From: Promethearchaeota archaeon
GTDB lineage: Archaea > Asgardarchaeota > Lokiarchaeia > Sigyniarchaeales > SOKP01
Assembly (NCBI GenBank): GCA_048939995.1
Contig: JBHLOY010000007.1
Location: 64,001 to 128,000 of the forward strand
DNA: 64,000 nt
Direction of reading: 5' to 3'
Shown here: in pieces, positions 39,669 to 50,499 of the stretch
Position numbering within the stretch: position 1 is the first letter of the stretch
How the letters are laid out: each line of letters starts with the position of its first letter
Translations under genes and position numbers: made by a program
Notes under the pieces: generated by a model
Told to the model about the DNA's origin: nothing
Databases searched by the model: none
The model's input: only the letters and a program-made list of their open reading frames with translations

Positions 39669-40148
39669 TCATGGAGGCGGAATGGGGATAGTAAAGATGC
39701 TATATATATAGAGTTGTGCTCTTATAAAAAGTATAGCAAATACTCCCAAACCCAAAATAAATCCCGTTATCGTCATTCCTTTTGAATCATCTTTGAAAAT
39801 TCCTATAAAACCAAAGATAGCAGCTGTGATTCCCATTGCAATTATAAATACATTATTGACCACTATGGAAACATTATTAAACGTTACTATAGGAATAATT
39901 CTAATGACTAAAGTTAAAATTGATAAACCAAAACCAATAATTCCGAATGTTAAAGCATATGTTCCATATGTTTTTTGAGGTTTAAAATAAGTATAACTCT
40001 CTTTAGGAGGGACAACTTTAAACTCCTGATTCGCAGGTTTTTTCTCTATAATTGGTGAACTAATTTCTTTTGATAAACGATACCCACAATTAGCACAAAC
40101 CTTCCAAAAAGACTCAACTTTGGTCCCACAATTCGGGCAATAATTCAT
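39669..40148 (-). CDS. Zinc-ribbon plus 3-TM membrane protein
   Basis: MNYCPNCG...CANCG, KTYG and KDDSK are shared with the neighbouring gene. Confidence 0.8.
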   Translation of the reverse strand: MNYCPNCGTKVESFWKVCANCGYRLSKEISSPIIEKKPANQEFKVVPPKESYTYFKPQKTYGTYALTFGIIGFGLSILTLVIRIIPIVTFNNVSIVVNNVFIIAMGITAAIFGFIGIFKDDSKGMTITGFILGLGVFAILFIRAQLYIYSIFTIPIPPP

Positions 40149-40209
40149 AAATAGTGATATGCATTTTGTATATATATTTCTTTTCTATAAATTAAAAAAT
40201 AGTATAGAT

Positions 40210-40782
40210 ATGTTAACTAGATGTGAGTGGGTTAGTGATGATATTCTAATGATTGAATATCATGATAAAGAATGGGGCGTTCCTCAACATAATGACAATA
40301 TTCTCTTTGAATTCCTAATTTTAGAAGGAATGCAAGCAGGATTAAGTTGGAGTACAATTCTCAAGAAACGAGAAAACTTTAGAAATGCTTTAGATAATTT
40401 TAGATATAATATGATCTCCAAATATAATGAAGATAAGATTGAGGAACTCCTTCAAGATAAAGGAATTATAAGAAATAGATTAAAAATTCAGTCGATTATC
40501 ACAAATGCTAAAGCTTTTTTAAGGATACAATCTGAATTCAATTCTTTTAATAATTATATATGGAATTTTGTTAATAACAACCCAATACATAACGCATGGA
40601 AAACTTCAGATGAACTCCCTTCACATACTGAACTCTCAGACAAAATAAGTAAAGATCTAAAAAAACGAGGCTTCAAATTTGTTGGTTCAACTATTGTATA
40701 TGCTTTTATGCAAGCTGTTGGTTTAGTAAACGATCATACCATTAATTGTTTTAGATTTACTGAAATAAAAAATAGTTATTGA
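40210..40782 (+). CDS. tag: DNA-3-methyladenine glycosylase I
   Basis: RCEW, YHDKEWG, LEGMQAGLSW, FKFVG and NDH...C; start at ATG 40210. Confidence 0.95.
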   Translation: MLTRCEWVSDDILMIEYHDKEWGVPQHNDNILFEFLILEGMQAGLSWSTILKKRENFRNALDNFRYNMISKYNEDKIEELLQDKGIIRNRLKIQSIITNAKAFLRIQSEFNSFNNYIWNFVNNNPIHNAWKTSDELPSHTELSDKISKDLKKRGFKFVGSTIVYAFMQAVGLVNDHTINCFRFTEIKNSY

Positions 40783-40997
40783 TATTAATCTCAAATTCGA
40801 TAATTTTTTTAATGGAGATTTCTAATAAATTTTTAAAAGTATAAGATATTAGATAATTTTTAATTTACCATTTAAAGATTTATATATGTGAATAAAATTA
40901 TTTATTATAGAAATCGAATTAAAAATCTCATAAAGTATATTTTTAGTGACTTATAGAAAAACATTATTAGAAGAACATATAAGGGTAAAAAGATAAT

Positions 40998-41525
40998 ATG
41001 TGGGATGCCACATTTAAGATTGTAATATTCGGTGATGCTGGTTGTGGAAAAACTACATTAACTCAGAGATTTTTGACAAGAATGTTTATTTCAGACTCTA
41101 AAATGACAATTGGAGTCGATTTTGAAGTTAAAAGTTTGGAAATTGATGTTAAGAAGGTAAAATTGCAAATCTGGGATTTTGGTGGGGAAGAACGATTTCG
41201 ATTTTTACTTCCTACGTATGTGAGAGGTGCTAAAGGTGGATTATTCATGTATGATATCACAAATTACTCATCAATTGCACATATAGATGATTGGTTATCA
41301 GTTATAAGAAAAGAAATTAAAGCAGAGGATGAGTTCCCCATTATTGTTGTTGGAGGTAAAGCAGATCTAAGTTCTAATCGTGAAGTGACACCCCAAGAAG
41401 GCATTAAAATTGCTAAATCTAGATTTGTAGATGGATTTATTGAATGTTCAAGCAAAACTGGAGAAAATGTTGATGAAACATTTGAAGCTTTAACAAGACT
41501 TATGATAGATAGTTCTCGAATTTAA
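40998..41525 (+). CDS. Rab-like small GTPase with variant G3/G4 motifs
   Basis: GDAGCGKTT, TIGVDF, KLQIWDFGGEERFR, GGKAD and ECSSK. Confidence 0.93.
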   Translation: MWDATFKIVIFGDAGCGKTTLTQRFLTRMFISDSKMTIGVDFEVKSLEIDVKKVKLQIWDFGGEERFRFLLPTYVRGAKGGLFMYDITNYSSIAHIDDWLSVIRKEIKAEDEFPIIVVGGKADLSSNREVTPQEGIKIAKSRFVDGFIECSSKTGENVDETFEALTRLMIDSSRI

Positions 41526-41541
41526 TGGTATTTTATAGTGT

Positions 41542-42405
41542 TTAATTGATTAATTGTTTCTCTTCTTTTGAATCTAATTCACTTTCAATGTGAGTTCTTT
41601 CAACGGATCTAGCATCTATTCTTCTATTTAATACCATATACTGAAATTCTAAATCTTTCTTATACCTATTTGCGAAACCTACTAGCTGTTTTATCATATT
41701 TATTTCTTGGTCATCAACACTGAAATTAATTCCGCCAAATAGAGGTATCTCTGAGTATTTTTCTTCTAAAATGATTAGAAGTTCATCAGGTAATACATCA
41801 GTTCTCTCTTTTAATGCAATAGCTAAGGCCTCATTTAAATCATCATATTTTTCTTGCTTTCCAAATTGGCATAGAACACATTTATTTACTTTATTTCTAA
41901 GGATAAAGAGTATTATTAAGCCAATTAAATACTTTAAATTAACTAGAACTTCCTTGAAGTTTCCATTACTCATGTATTCTTGTACTACTTTTTCTGCTAT
42001 AGAATAAATGCTTGAGAAATAAATTGCTCTAAAGAAGTAAACTGGATCTACACAAAAAAGTCTAGTAAACCAAAATGGGTTAATATTAATTGGAGGATCC
42101 TCATAGAATTTATAATAAACTAATCTCCCATCTCTTTCTTTACATAAGGTAGATTCTTTTTTAAGCATATTAAGATAAGTGGAGATTGTAGATCTCGCAA
42201 TTTCTTTAAAATATTTTCTGTATTCTAATTCAACTTCTCGAGTTGTTACTTTCTTCTTTCCATCAAGATAGAATTTTAAAATAATCCCCAAGATTCTGTT
42301 TTCATGAAGACGCCCAGTTTTTACCTGCTGTTCTTCTGACTCATCTTCTCTAATATTGTAAAGATCAGAAAGTTCAGGAGCAAACTCCCGAATTAATTTG
42401 TCCAA
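41542..42405 (-). CDS. Winged-helix (ArsR-like) DNA-binding protein
   Basis: IARSTISTYLNMLKKE...ERDGRLVYY, plus a CxxC in the C-terminal domain. Confidence 0.65.
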   Translation of the reverse strand: MDKLIREFAPELSDLYNIREDESEEQQVKTGRLHENRILGIILKFYLDGKKKVTTREVELEYRKYFKEIARSTISTYLNMLKKESTLCKERDGRLVYYKFYEDPPININPFWFTRLFCVDPVYFFRAIYFSSIYSIAEKVVQEYMSNGNFKEVLVNLKYLIGLIILFILRNKVNKCVLCQFGKQEKYDDLNEALAIALKERTDVLPDELLIILEEKYSEIPLFGGINFSVDDQEINMIKQLVGFANRYKKDLEFQYMVLNRRIDARSVERTHIESELDSKEEKQLIN

Positions 42406-42643
42406 GATAAATATATTTAGCTCAGTAATATTTAAAGATCCTCTTATAATTTAAGTTAAAGATAGATTTTTATATAAAATTATAAAAAAAATGTAAACAT
42501 TTAATAATTGATATTCTAATACACTAGAACTTTTAACTTATTTAATTTATTAAAGATTTATTAAAAAGACTCTCAATTAAATTGCCAAAAATTAATTCAA
42601 TTAAAAGATAAATGAAAATAGAAAAAAAAGATGAATTTAATAT

Positions 42644-44476
42644 TTACTTAGATTCTCCAAACTTGTCTTTATATATAGGATCGTTGATCTGTAAAATCCT
42701 ACGTTGAACTTTACCTAGTACATCCTTAGGGACTTCTTTTATAAACTCAATAATAGCTGGAACCTTCCAATGGGTCATATTTTCCTTAGCCCATCCCTTT
42801 AATTCTTCCTCAGTTATCTTTCCGATATATTCTGGTTTAAGCTCTACCCACGCTTTAGCAATTTCTCCAACTTTACCAGCTGGATCAGGTAACCCTGAAA
42901 CAGCTGCTTCTGAAACAGCTTCATTTTGCATCAACATAGATTCCACTTCCTTGGGAAATACAGAATGACCTGCTACTTTAATTAATTGTTTTTTGCGATC
43001 TCGAATTTCAATAGTCCCATCTGGATTCATGAAACCAATATCACCTGTTAATAACCATAACTTACCATTATATTCTTTAATTGTGTCATCAGTCTCTTCT
43101 GGTCGATTTAAATATTCTAACATCACTTGAGGACCATGAACACAAATTTCTCCAGTATGTTCCTCTCCAAATGTAGTCTCGTTTGGATTTCCTAAACAAA
43201 TGGGACCCGTATTGAAATCTTCTGATGGCCAAATTCCCCATTCTGTACCCGGAAATGGCATTCCAATTGTGCCAATAGGACTGTTTCCAAACAAATTTCC
43301 TGCGCTTACAACTGGAGAAGCTTCTGAAAGTCCGTATCCTTCCACAATTCTACCACCGGTACTCTTTTCAAAAGCATCTCTCACTGGAGCGTGTAAAGGA
43401 CCAGCTCCTGATACGCTTAATTTTAGCTTTCCCATAAGATTGGGAAACTTTTCTAAATGTGGAAAATCAGCAATTCTTTTGAATAAAATCTCTGCCCCAG
43501 CGTATACTAAACCCTCTGGTGCAGGGAGTTCTTCTATATGTTCTAATAGTTCTTCGGTAGGGGGTGGAGTTGGAAATAACATGATCCATCCACCAAAAGC
43601 AATTGTAGTATTCATAACGACTGTATGACCAAAACTATGGAAAAATGGAAGAATGCCTATATTACCAATGCCAGGTTTTTCACCACCTAACCAGTACATA
43701 CACTGCTTTGCATTCGAAACGCAATTAAGATGAGTCAACACAGCAGCTTTAGGCAATCCCGTTGTTCCTCCAGTCATAATATAAGTAGCTGGATGAGTTT
43801 TTACGTCAATATCAACTTTTGGAACATTAGGTTCTGTTTTAAGCAAGTCCATAAATTTGTGTGCTCCGGCTATATTTACTTTTCCCTTGGGAATCATTCC
43901 TAACATTTTACCTAATGTTCTTTTAAAGCCAAGACCCTTTGCTAAATCAGCAAGATTAGTATAGATTATTATTTCTACTTTAGATTTATCTAAGATATCA
44001 CCTATATAAGGTAAATTTTTCTTTATGCGTGATTTACTAGTTTCATCAAAAACGGCATCATATGTAAGTAAAACTTTCGCATTGGTTAATGTTAATTGGT
44101 GCAAAATCTCTAATGGTTTATAAGTTGGATTAACTCCCGTAGCAATGGCTCCAATTCTCACAGCTGCATAATATGCAACAGCATATTGAATGCAATTTCC
44201 CATAAGTATTGCAACAACATCACCTTTTTTTACACCAAGATTATGTAGTGCGGTAGCAAATCGATCAACATAATCATGAAATTCTTTATATGTTACCCAT
44301 GTTTCTAAAAACCAAATAAAATTATCATTGGCATATTTTTGTACTTGTTCGTCTAAAAACTCACTGAGCGTTTTTTCTTCAAAAGAAACATTTTTTGGAA
44401 CGTTAACAGGCCACCATTTTTTAAACCATAGTTTGTTTTCATCGACTTGATATTTATCATCCTTTTTGATTGGCAT
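42644..44476 (-). CDS. Long-chain fatty-acid--CoA ligase (AMP-binding)
   Basis: TGGTTGLPK, EGYGLSE, TGDIG and DRKK. Confidence 0.93.
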   Translation of the reverse strand: MPIKKDDKYQVDENKLWFKKWWPVNVPKNVSFEEKTLSEFLDEQVQKYANDNFIWFLETWVTYKEFHDYVDRFATALHNLGVKKGDVVAILMGNCIQYAVAYYAAVRIGAIATGVNPTYKPLEILHQLTLTNAKVLLTYDAVFDETSKSRIKKNLPYIGDILDKSKVEIIIYTNLADLAKGLGFKRTLGKMLGMIPKGKVNIAGAHKFMDLLKTEPNVPKVDIDVKTHPATYIMTGGTTGLPKAAVLTHLNCVSNAKQCMYWLGGEKPGIGNIGILPFFHSFGHTVVMNTTIAFGGWIMLFPTPPPTEELLEHIEELPAPEGLVYAGAEILFKRIADFPHLEKFPNLMGKLKLSVSGAGPLHAPVRDAFEKSTGGRIVEGYGLSEASPVVSAGNLFGNSPIGTIGMPFPGTEWGIWPSEDFNTGPICLGNPNETTFGEEHTGEICVHGPQVMLEYLNRPEETDDTIKEYNGKLWLLTGDIGFMNPDGTIEIRDRKKQLIKVAGHSVFPKEVESMLMQNEAVSEAAVSGLPDPAGKVGEIAKAWVELKPEYIGKITEEELKGWAKENMTHWKVPAIIEFIKEVPKDVLGKVQRRILQINDPIYKDKFGESK

Positions 44477-44665
44477 TTTCTTTCAACTTACTTTTTAAAA
44501 TTGCAATTGATTTAATGCATCATCCTATTATTACTTTCGGTGTTTCCCCAATTAGATTTAATCAAAATTATAATTATGGATTTTTTCTTCAATCACTCTT
44601 AGTAAACTAACCGTTTTACATTAAGAAAGATTGTTTAAAAAATAAAAAAAAAGATTAAATTAAAT

Positions 44666-46807
44666 TTAAAATCTAGCGTCTTTACGCCTTTTGATTAATA
44701 TAGTTGCTACACCAATTAATCCAACACCTGCAACTAATAGAATTATGGCCCAGAATCCTTGTGCTTCAAAAATCATATATACTGAGAAAGTAGGGTCATG
44801 CCATATCCCTGTACCATCCTCAAATTCGGGAAAACATACTGCATAGAACATAACGTTGTAAGAAATATTTAACTTAATGTCAGCTGCGAACATCTCCACT
44901 TCTCCAGGGGTACCTTCATAAGTTTCATGTGCATTTAATTCCGCCTCAAAAAGCGCGATGGGTAAAATTGCTGTGCTCGCGTTCGCATGCGTTCTGGAAC
45001 TTTCTGAACCATGTTCATAATAGGGTCCAGCAATATCTACAAAATCTAGTTTCCCAGCAATACTTGCACCAAGATAATTACCAATGCTCAATTTGTGTTC
45101 TACGTCTTCATAATCCTGTGAAGGATCTAATATTTCATCACCTTCACCAGTAAGGGTATCAACTGTCAAGTGGAAATGCAGAACTGTGGAAACATATAAA
45201 ATTGCGAGATCTAATCCATCGATCTCGTTATTTGCACCATAGGTTTCGGGATCATTCCAGGGAGCAAATAATTGATCCACTTTAAGAGCTCCATGTAAAA
45301 CAGGTACCGTCCCTCCCCCAGATGAGGGTAATTCAATTTCTTTTGGTTCAAATGTAAAACCAAAATGTACATAAGCTAGATCTTCCGGTTGAGATCCTAA
45401 ATATGAATCTAAATCGACTCCAACTGGAACAGGTCTTATCTGTGCTTGATTCAAAGTTAATCCCCATGAGAACTTATTGGTACCCGTAATGTGTGGTTTT
45501 TCGAAAGTAAAGCTACCAACAGAGCCAAGCATTATTCGATGTGTAATTTCATTAGTACGAGGTACAAATACTTCTTCACCATCAACCAAAATGGGTGTAT
45601 TTGTTCCAGATTGATTAACCCTTACATATTCAGAGGAGATCTTACCATCGGGAATTTCAGGACCAGGCCCATCAGGATCAAGATCCTCATACAAGAAAGC
45701 ACCAGCTAAATGATGTGTGAATAAAAAGAATTCAATATCTAATCCTTGAAAAATATCTGCAGGATTAATTGAACCAGAACCCCCACCACTCAATAAACTT
45801 AATGCTTCAGCAACATTAATATGAATTTCAAAATTTTTAATCCATAATTGAATAACATCAAATGTAAATGAAGTAAAAACGGTCTCAGCAAGAGCAATCT
45901 CATCTGTTTCAGTTAATAACCATTCCATATAACTATCTTTTTTTGTTTGAGCTGTCGCATTCCAAGTATCTAAAACAAGATCTCCATTAACTACTCCACT
46001 AAGAGTATTCATTGGAACATCTGTAATTGGTCCGCCAATTGCCCAATCATTACCTGTGACTCTCATAGTTTTGGTTATACTAAAGTTAGCATATGGGGTA
46101 ATCTCTAACTTTTGCCATGTTATAGGATTGAGAATAAATAATTCTTCTCCAGTAAATATATCATTGATATGAATTAAAAACCAAGTTATTAATTCAACGC
46201 CTTCTCGAATCAAATCCTCAGGTATTCCTCCAGGACTTCCTTCATATGTAAAGAGGGATCGGAAAAAATTAAGTATTCGTGTAAGGGCATTAATAAAAGA
46301 TCCATCATTATCCCAGATAACCAGTGTTATGCCTACTCCAACAGTGTAATTAAATATATATGATCCAGTTTTAGCTACTTCACAATAGGCATAACCAAGA
46401 TCATTGGCTGCAAGTTCAGGAGTAGCTTCATAATAGGAATAAGGTACCATATAATATTCAGTTTCAGTTGCATCTCTTATACCCTCAGTAGAGTCTTCGA
46501 TTGATGCACTGATAGTATAAACATTAGGTAGTATCTGACTACTTTCAAATTCAGTAAAAAGTTGTAATAACATCATTTCAAAAACAGTACCTATTAATCT
46601 ACCCCCGTAACCCATACCCCCAAATATTGAACCAAAACCTTGTTGAAATAAACGAATTAGACTTTCTCCATCTTGGTTATAATCAATACCATCATCAAAA
46701 GTATTAGAAGATCCAGCAACCATGACAGGTGTTGCGACTAATGATGCGAGAAACAATGTAATAACCATTAAGGCTTTTCCATTTAATTTTTTCATATTCT
46801 CACACAT
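44666..46807 (-). CDS. Secreted, C-terminally membrane-anchored surface protein
   Basis: N-terminal signal peptide, acidic beta-rich body with several NxS/T sequons, WHDPTF, then a TM segment and a KRRK tail. Confidence 0.8.
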   Translation of the reverse strand: MCENMKKLNGKALMVITLFLASLVATPVMVAGSSNTFDDGIDYNQDGESLIRLFQQGFGSIFGGMGYGGRLIGTVFEMMLLQLFTEFESSQILPNVYTISASIEDSTEGIRDATETEYYMVPYSYYEATPELAANDLGYAYCEVAKTGSYIFNYTVGVGITLVIWDNDGSFINALTRILNFFRSLFTYEGSPGGIPEDLIREGVELITWFLIHINDIFTGEELFILNPITWQKLEITPYANFSITKTMRVTGNDWAIGGPITDVPMNTLSGVVNGDLVLDTWNATAQTKKDSYMEWLLTETDEIALAETVFTSFTFDVIQLWIKNFEIHINVAEALSLLSGGGSGSINPADIFQGLDIEFFLFTHHLAGAFLYEDLDPDGPGPEIPDGKISSEYVRVNQSGTNTPILVDGEEVFVPRTNEITHRIMLGSVGSFTFEKPHITGTNKFSWGLTLNQAQIRPVPVGVDLDSYLGSQPEDLAYVHFGFTFEPKEIELPSSGGGTVPVLHGALKVDQLFAPWNDPETYGANNEIDGLDLAILYVSTVLHFHLTVDTLTGEGDEILDPSQDYEDVEHKLSIGNYLGASIAGKLDFVDIAGPYYEHGSESSRTHANASTAILPIALFEAELNAHETYEGTPGEVEMFAADIKLNISYNVMFYAVCFPEFEDGTGIWHDPTFSVYMIFEAQGFWAIILLVAGVGLIGVATILIKRRKDARF

Positions 46808-47095
46808 TAGTAATTTTAATAGATAAATTGATTCTTAAAATAATAATTAAATTTGTGATTTTTAATGATTTATATTCTAATTGAATAGAAAATTAAAAGT
46901 TTAAAATTGGATTGATTAAATATTGAGAAATCTATGACTTATAATATTGTCAGTTAACTTATTGAACTTGAATAATAAAAGATTCTGATAGAATGGCTTA
47001 AATCAAAAATTGAAGTTATAATATCTTGATTACCGTTATAAGTTATAATTTAGTCAAAATTTAGAAGAAAATTAATGATTTTATCTCAAATTGAT

Positions 47096-48106
47096 CTAAT
47101 CTTCAATTCGGTAAAAGGTATAAAATAGGACAAAAATATATAAAATTGCAGATACGAGTAAACTCACGATTCGTATAAATTCTGAAAACTCAGTATCAGC
47201 AGTAAATACTACATTTGAGCCAATAAAAACTGCTGCTACGAAATAACCAAACAAATGGCTTTTGAAACCCTTATATTTAGACTTTCCACGAATATAATTA
47301 ACAATTGATATGAATATGATTATAACAAAACCCGCGATGTAAAATACTTGAATGACTGGATTTTCGCTCCAATCTAACCATAAAAAAAATCCAAATAGAA
47401 TAACTTCTAAAATTCTAACACCCCAAAATTGCTTTTTTTCAGTTGTATCAACAAAGATCTGTTCATATTCACTTATTCCAGAATTTGAAAATAAAATTAT
47501 TAAGGAACCAATAGCTAAGGCTGTGAATAAAGAGTATGATATATCAAAAAGATAAGGAAGGATTGGGACCCAAATAATATTCCATAAAAATAATGGTAAA
47601 TCCAAATATTCAGGTATAATACTGATAGTACAGAATAGGGGGATTAAAGAAGCAAAAACCATAACAAACTTTGTAATAAAAGATACTCTAGTATCTTCTT
47701 CCCAACTCTCTTTTCTGAATGTAGTTAAACGCCAAGCAAATGATGCAAAACTCAAAATTGACACCACTGGTGTAATTGTAGGAAATACAAAAATAAATAA
47801 AATATATACAGCATTAATTCCATAAAAAAATTTTAATCTTGAAGGGACTACACTTATTCTATCATCAAAAGAATCTATAGTATTAGCAAATCGACTAGCA
47901 AATAATATTAGGAAAAATAACCAAGAAATACTAAAAACTAATGGACAAACTAATCTTACCATCCAGAATGTAAAAGTTGGATCATTAGAATACCATATAC
48001 CAAAATCTACAAAAGCGTAAATAAAGAAAATACTCAATGGAACTAAAATAATAGCTAAGAGTACAATTAAGCGAGAAACTATAACCCCTTTAACTTGTTT
48101 TGACAT
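47096..48106 (-). CDS. Polytopic membrane protein
   Basis: About 9-10 hydrophobic segments. Confidence 0.75.
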   Translation of the reverse strand: MSKQVKGVIVSRLIVLLAIILVPLSIFFIYAFVDFGIWYSNDPTFTFWMVRLVCPLVFSISWLFFLILFASRFANTIDSFDDRISVVPSRLKFFYGINAVYILFIFVFPTITPVVSILSFASFAWRLTTFRKESWEEDTRVSFITKFVMVFASLIPLFCTISIIPEYLDLPLFLWNIIWVPILPYLFDISYSLFTALAIGSLIILFSNSGISEYEQIFVDTTEKKQFWGVRILEVILFGFFLWLDWSENPVIQVFYIAGFVIIIFISIVNYIRGKSKYKGFKSHLFGYFVAAVFIGSNVVFTADTEFSEFIRIVSLLVSAILYIFVLFYTFYRIED

Positions 48107-48215
48107 AGCTTAATTTCAACGAACATTTGATTAAGATAGATATAATAGTTTACTAATATAAAATATGCTTTTTAAAAATAAAAAATGGATAAAAATTATT
48201 GAAATTAGATTTATA

Positions 48216-48968
48216 TCAGCGATTAATTTTAGCTCCACAATTTGTACAAAAATCAACCCCGAGTGGAATTTTGGTTCCACAATTTGTACAGACGGCTGAA
48301 CCTTTATCTAATATAGGTTCTCCTGAATCTTTTTCTTTTACTTCTTTTTTCTTAACTTTTTTCTTTTTTCCTGCTGGTTTGTATCTTAAACTACCTATAA
48401 ATGCTCCAAATACAGAACCAATCAAACTTCCTTCTAGAATTGCTGTAAAAACAGCTAAGAGATAAGGCAGATCAGTTAAACCCATCGATAAACCATCTAA
48501 TACTCCTGCAACAAGTGACCCCAGCCCAGGTGAAATAGCACCAAGGATTAAAGGTATAACAAAGTAAATTACAAAAGTTACAATAATAAACCCAATACCA
48601 ATTGCTAAACTAGTATGGAGTGCTTTTTTGGGAGTTTTCGAAGAAATCGCACTAGCAACTAAACAAGCCAAAATCCATGGAAGAATTAATGAAATAAGCA
48701 AAAAAACATCATTTGGACGATAGTAAAGGGCCCAGTGAATTGGGAAGAATAAGACCATAAAAAGTCCTAAAAATATACTTACAAAAATTGCTAAAAATCC
48801 CCCTCCTGGTAAAAAACCACTTAACATTCCAAGTGCGTCATTTAAATCCTCAATTAATCCTCCAGTAACACTACTCGTCAAATCTAATAAACTAAAAGAG
48901 ACCCAAGAAAAGAGAGCTAATAAAATCATGCCTACTATTCCGCTCCATACAACTCGACCGAATCCCAT
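48216..48968 (-). CDS. Membrane protein with a C-terminal zinc ribbon
   Basis: About five TM segments, a Lys-rich linker, then CTNCG...CTNCG. Confidence 0.78.
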   Translation of the reverse strand: MGFGRVVWSGIVGMILLALFSWVSFSLLDLTSSVTGGLIEDLNDALGMLSGFLPGGGFLAIFVSIFLGLFMVLFFPIHWALYYRPNDVFLLISLILPWILACLVASAISSKTPKKALHTSLAIGIGFIIVTFVIYFVIPLILGAISPGLGSLVAGVLDGLSMGLTDLPYLLAVFTAILEGSLIGSVFGAFIGSLRYKPAGKKKKVKKKEVKEKDSGEPILDKGSAVCTNCGTKIPLGVDFCTNCGAKINR

Positions 48969-49143
48969 ATTAATTTCCTCAATAAAAGGTGTTAAAGTTG
49001 AATTGAAAATATTTGATATTCTCTTACTAAATCAAACACGATTTTTATATTTATAATTTTGTTATAGTCCAATTTTTGAGATATGAAATATTAAGATATT
49101 TGAATTTAATTAAACTAGTCCATAAAAATTGAAAAAATAGAAT

Positions 49144-49815
49144 TTACTTAATGTTTATTATTGCTCCCTTCTCCATTTGCACTACTTTATTCGCATATGA
49201 TGACAGTGAGCCTCGATGAGTAACAACTATAACGGTTGTTTCCATATCTTTATTAATCTGTTTTAATAAATCCATTACATCTTTCTCACTCTGGGGATCA
49301 AGGTTTCCTGTGGGCTCATCTGCAAGTATTACTCTTGGGCGATGGACGATCGCTCTTGCTAGACCACACCTCTGCTTCTCTCCACCTGACATTTGTACAG
49401 GGTAGTGATCTTTCCTTTCGAGTAAATTTACATCCCTTAAAGCAGCAATAGCTCGGTTTTCAATTTCTTTTTCGCGCAGCACAGTTGGCCATAAAAGAGC
49501 CATGATGTTTTCTATAGCTGTAAGAGTAGGAACCAAGTTAAAATCTTGAAAAACAAATCCAATTTTTTGTCTTCTAATTTTACTTAGCCTATCTTCAGTT
49601 GCACGAGCGATATTTTCTCCATCAAAAATAATTCTCCCACTATCTGGAAGGTCCAAACCAGAAATGACGTTTAAAAGTGTAGATTTTCCACAACCCGTCG
49701 GTCCTTGCACAATCACAAATTCACCTGATTTAATCGTTATATTGATATCTGCTAAAGCACGAATAATTGCTCCAGCTCTTCGATATTCTTTATTTACATC
49801 AATAGCCTCAATCAT
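49144..49815 (-). CDS. ABC ATP-binding protein, LolD/MacB/FtsE type
   Basis: GPTGCGKST, IGFVFQDFNL, MSGGEKQR, LADEPTGNLD and VTH. Confidence 0.93.
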   Translation of the reverse strand: MIEAIDVNKEYRRAGAIIRALADINITIKSGEFVIVQGPTGCGKSTLLNVISGLDLPDSGRIIFDGENIARATEDRLSKIRRQKIGFVFQDFNLVPTLTAIENIMALLWPTVLREKEIENRAIAALRDVNLLERKDHYPVQMSGGEKQRCGLARAIVHRPRVILADEPTGNLDPQSEKDVMDLLKQINKDMETTVIVVTHRGSLSSYANKVVQMEKGAIINIK

Positions 49816-49850
49816 AGTATCTTTATCTACTGGAATTTTCTCTCACCTCT

Positions 49851-50411
49851 TTATTCACCCACCCTTTTTAGTGCTATTATAGGTCGCACTTTTAAAACCT
49901 TTCTATTTGCTAATAAAATAGCAACGATTTGAAAGAACAGAAAAATAATAAATGTTACCACAACTGGCAATAAACTCACTAGTGGTAATTGTGCAATATT
50001 ATATGTACTTCCATATACTTCTGCTACCCATGCTTCCCAATATCCAACTATAGCAGCATAATGAAATAAGACTTCAATAACTAAAATAAATCCAAGAATT
50101 GTTGTAAATAAAATAAATCCAGAAACAAGGGAATTAATATCTCTATTAGTCCAACCTATACATTTCAGCGTCGCAATAGTCTTAGAATTTCTTCTAACGA
50201 TAATCCAAGCATAGAGGAGTGATAAAAATATTCCAATTCCTAAAGCTATGAAAAATGACACAGAAGCAACTCCTAGACCCTCACCAATTATTAATTCCAC
50301 CGAAAAACTTGTCCAGAAGATTAAAATTGTATACATTAAACAAAACACAGTAAATTGCCTTTTTTCACGTAATACCATTACAACTGCTTTTTTAAATAAT
50401 CTAAATGCCAA
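49851..50411 (-). CDS. Minimal FtsX/MacB-type ABC permease
   Basis: Four TM segments; RRNSKTIATLKCIGWT and C-terminal VLKVRPIIALK. Confidence 0.8.
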   Translation of the reverse strand: MAFRLFKKAVVMVLREKRQFTVFCLMYTILIFWTSFSVELIIGEGLGVASVSFFIALGIGIFLSLLYAWIIVRRNSKTIATLKCIGWTNRDINSLVSGFILFTTILGFILVIEVLFHYAAIVGYWEAWVAEVYGSTYNIAQLPLVSLLPVVVTFIIFLFFQIVAILLANRKVLKVRPIIALKRVGE

Positions 50412-50499
50412 TTAATTCACCGATTTGCAAAAATTAATTTTTTATATGAATTGTTTGTATAGTTATATAATAAAATGACAATAAAAGTTTTAGGAAAAA

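Noticed and set aside
40159-40209. N-terminal extension of tag given by the ORF track
   Set aside because: It would occupy the divergent promoter region; the family-typical start is ATG 40210 (MLTRCEW).
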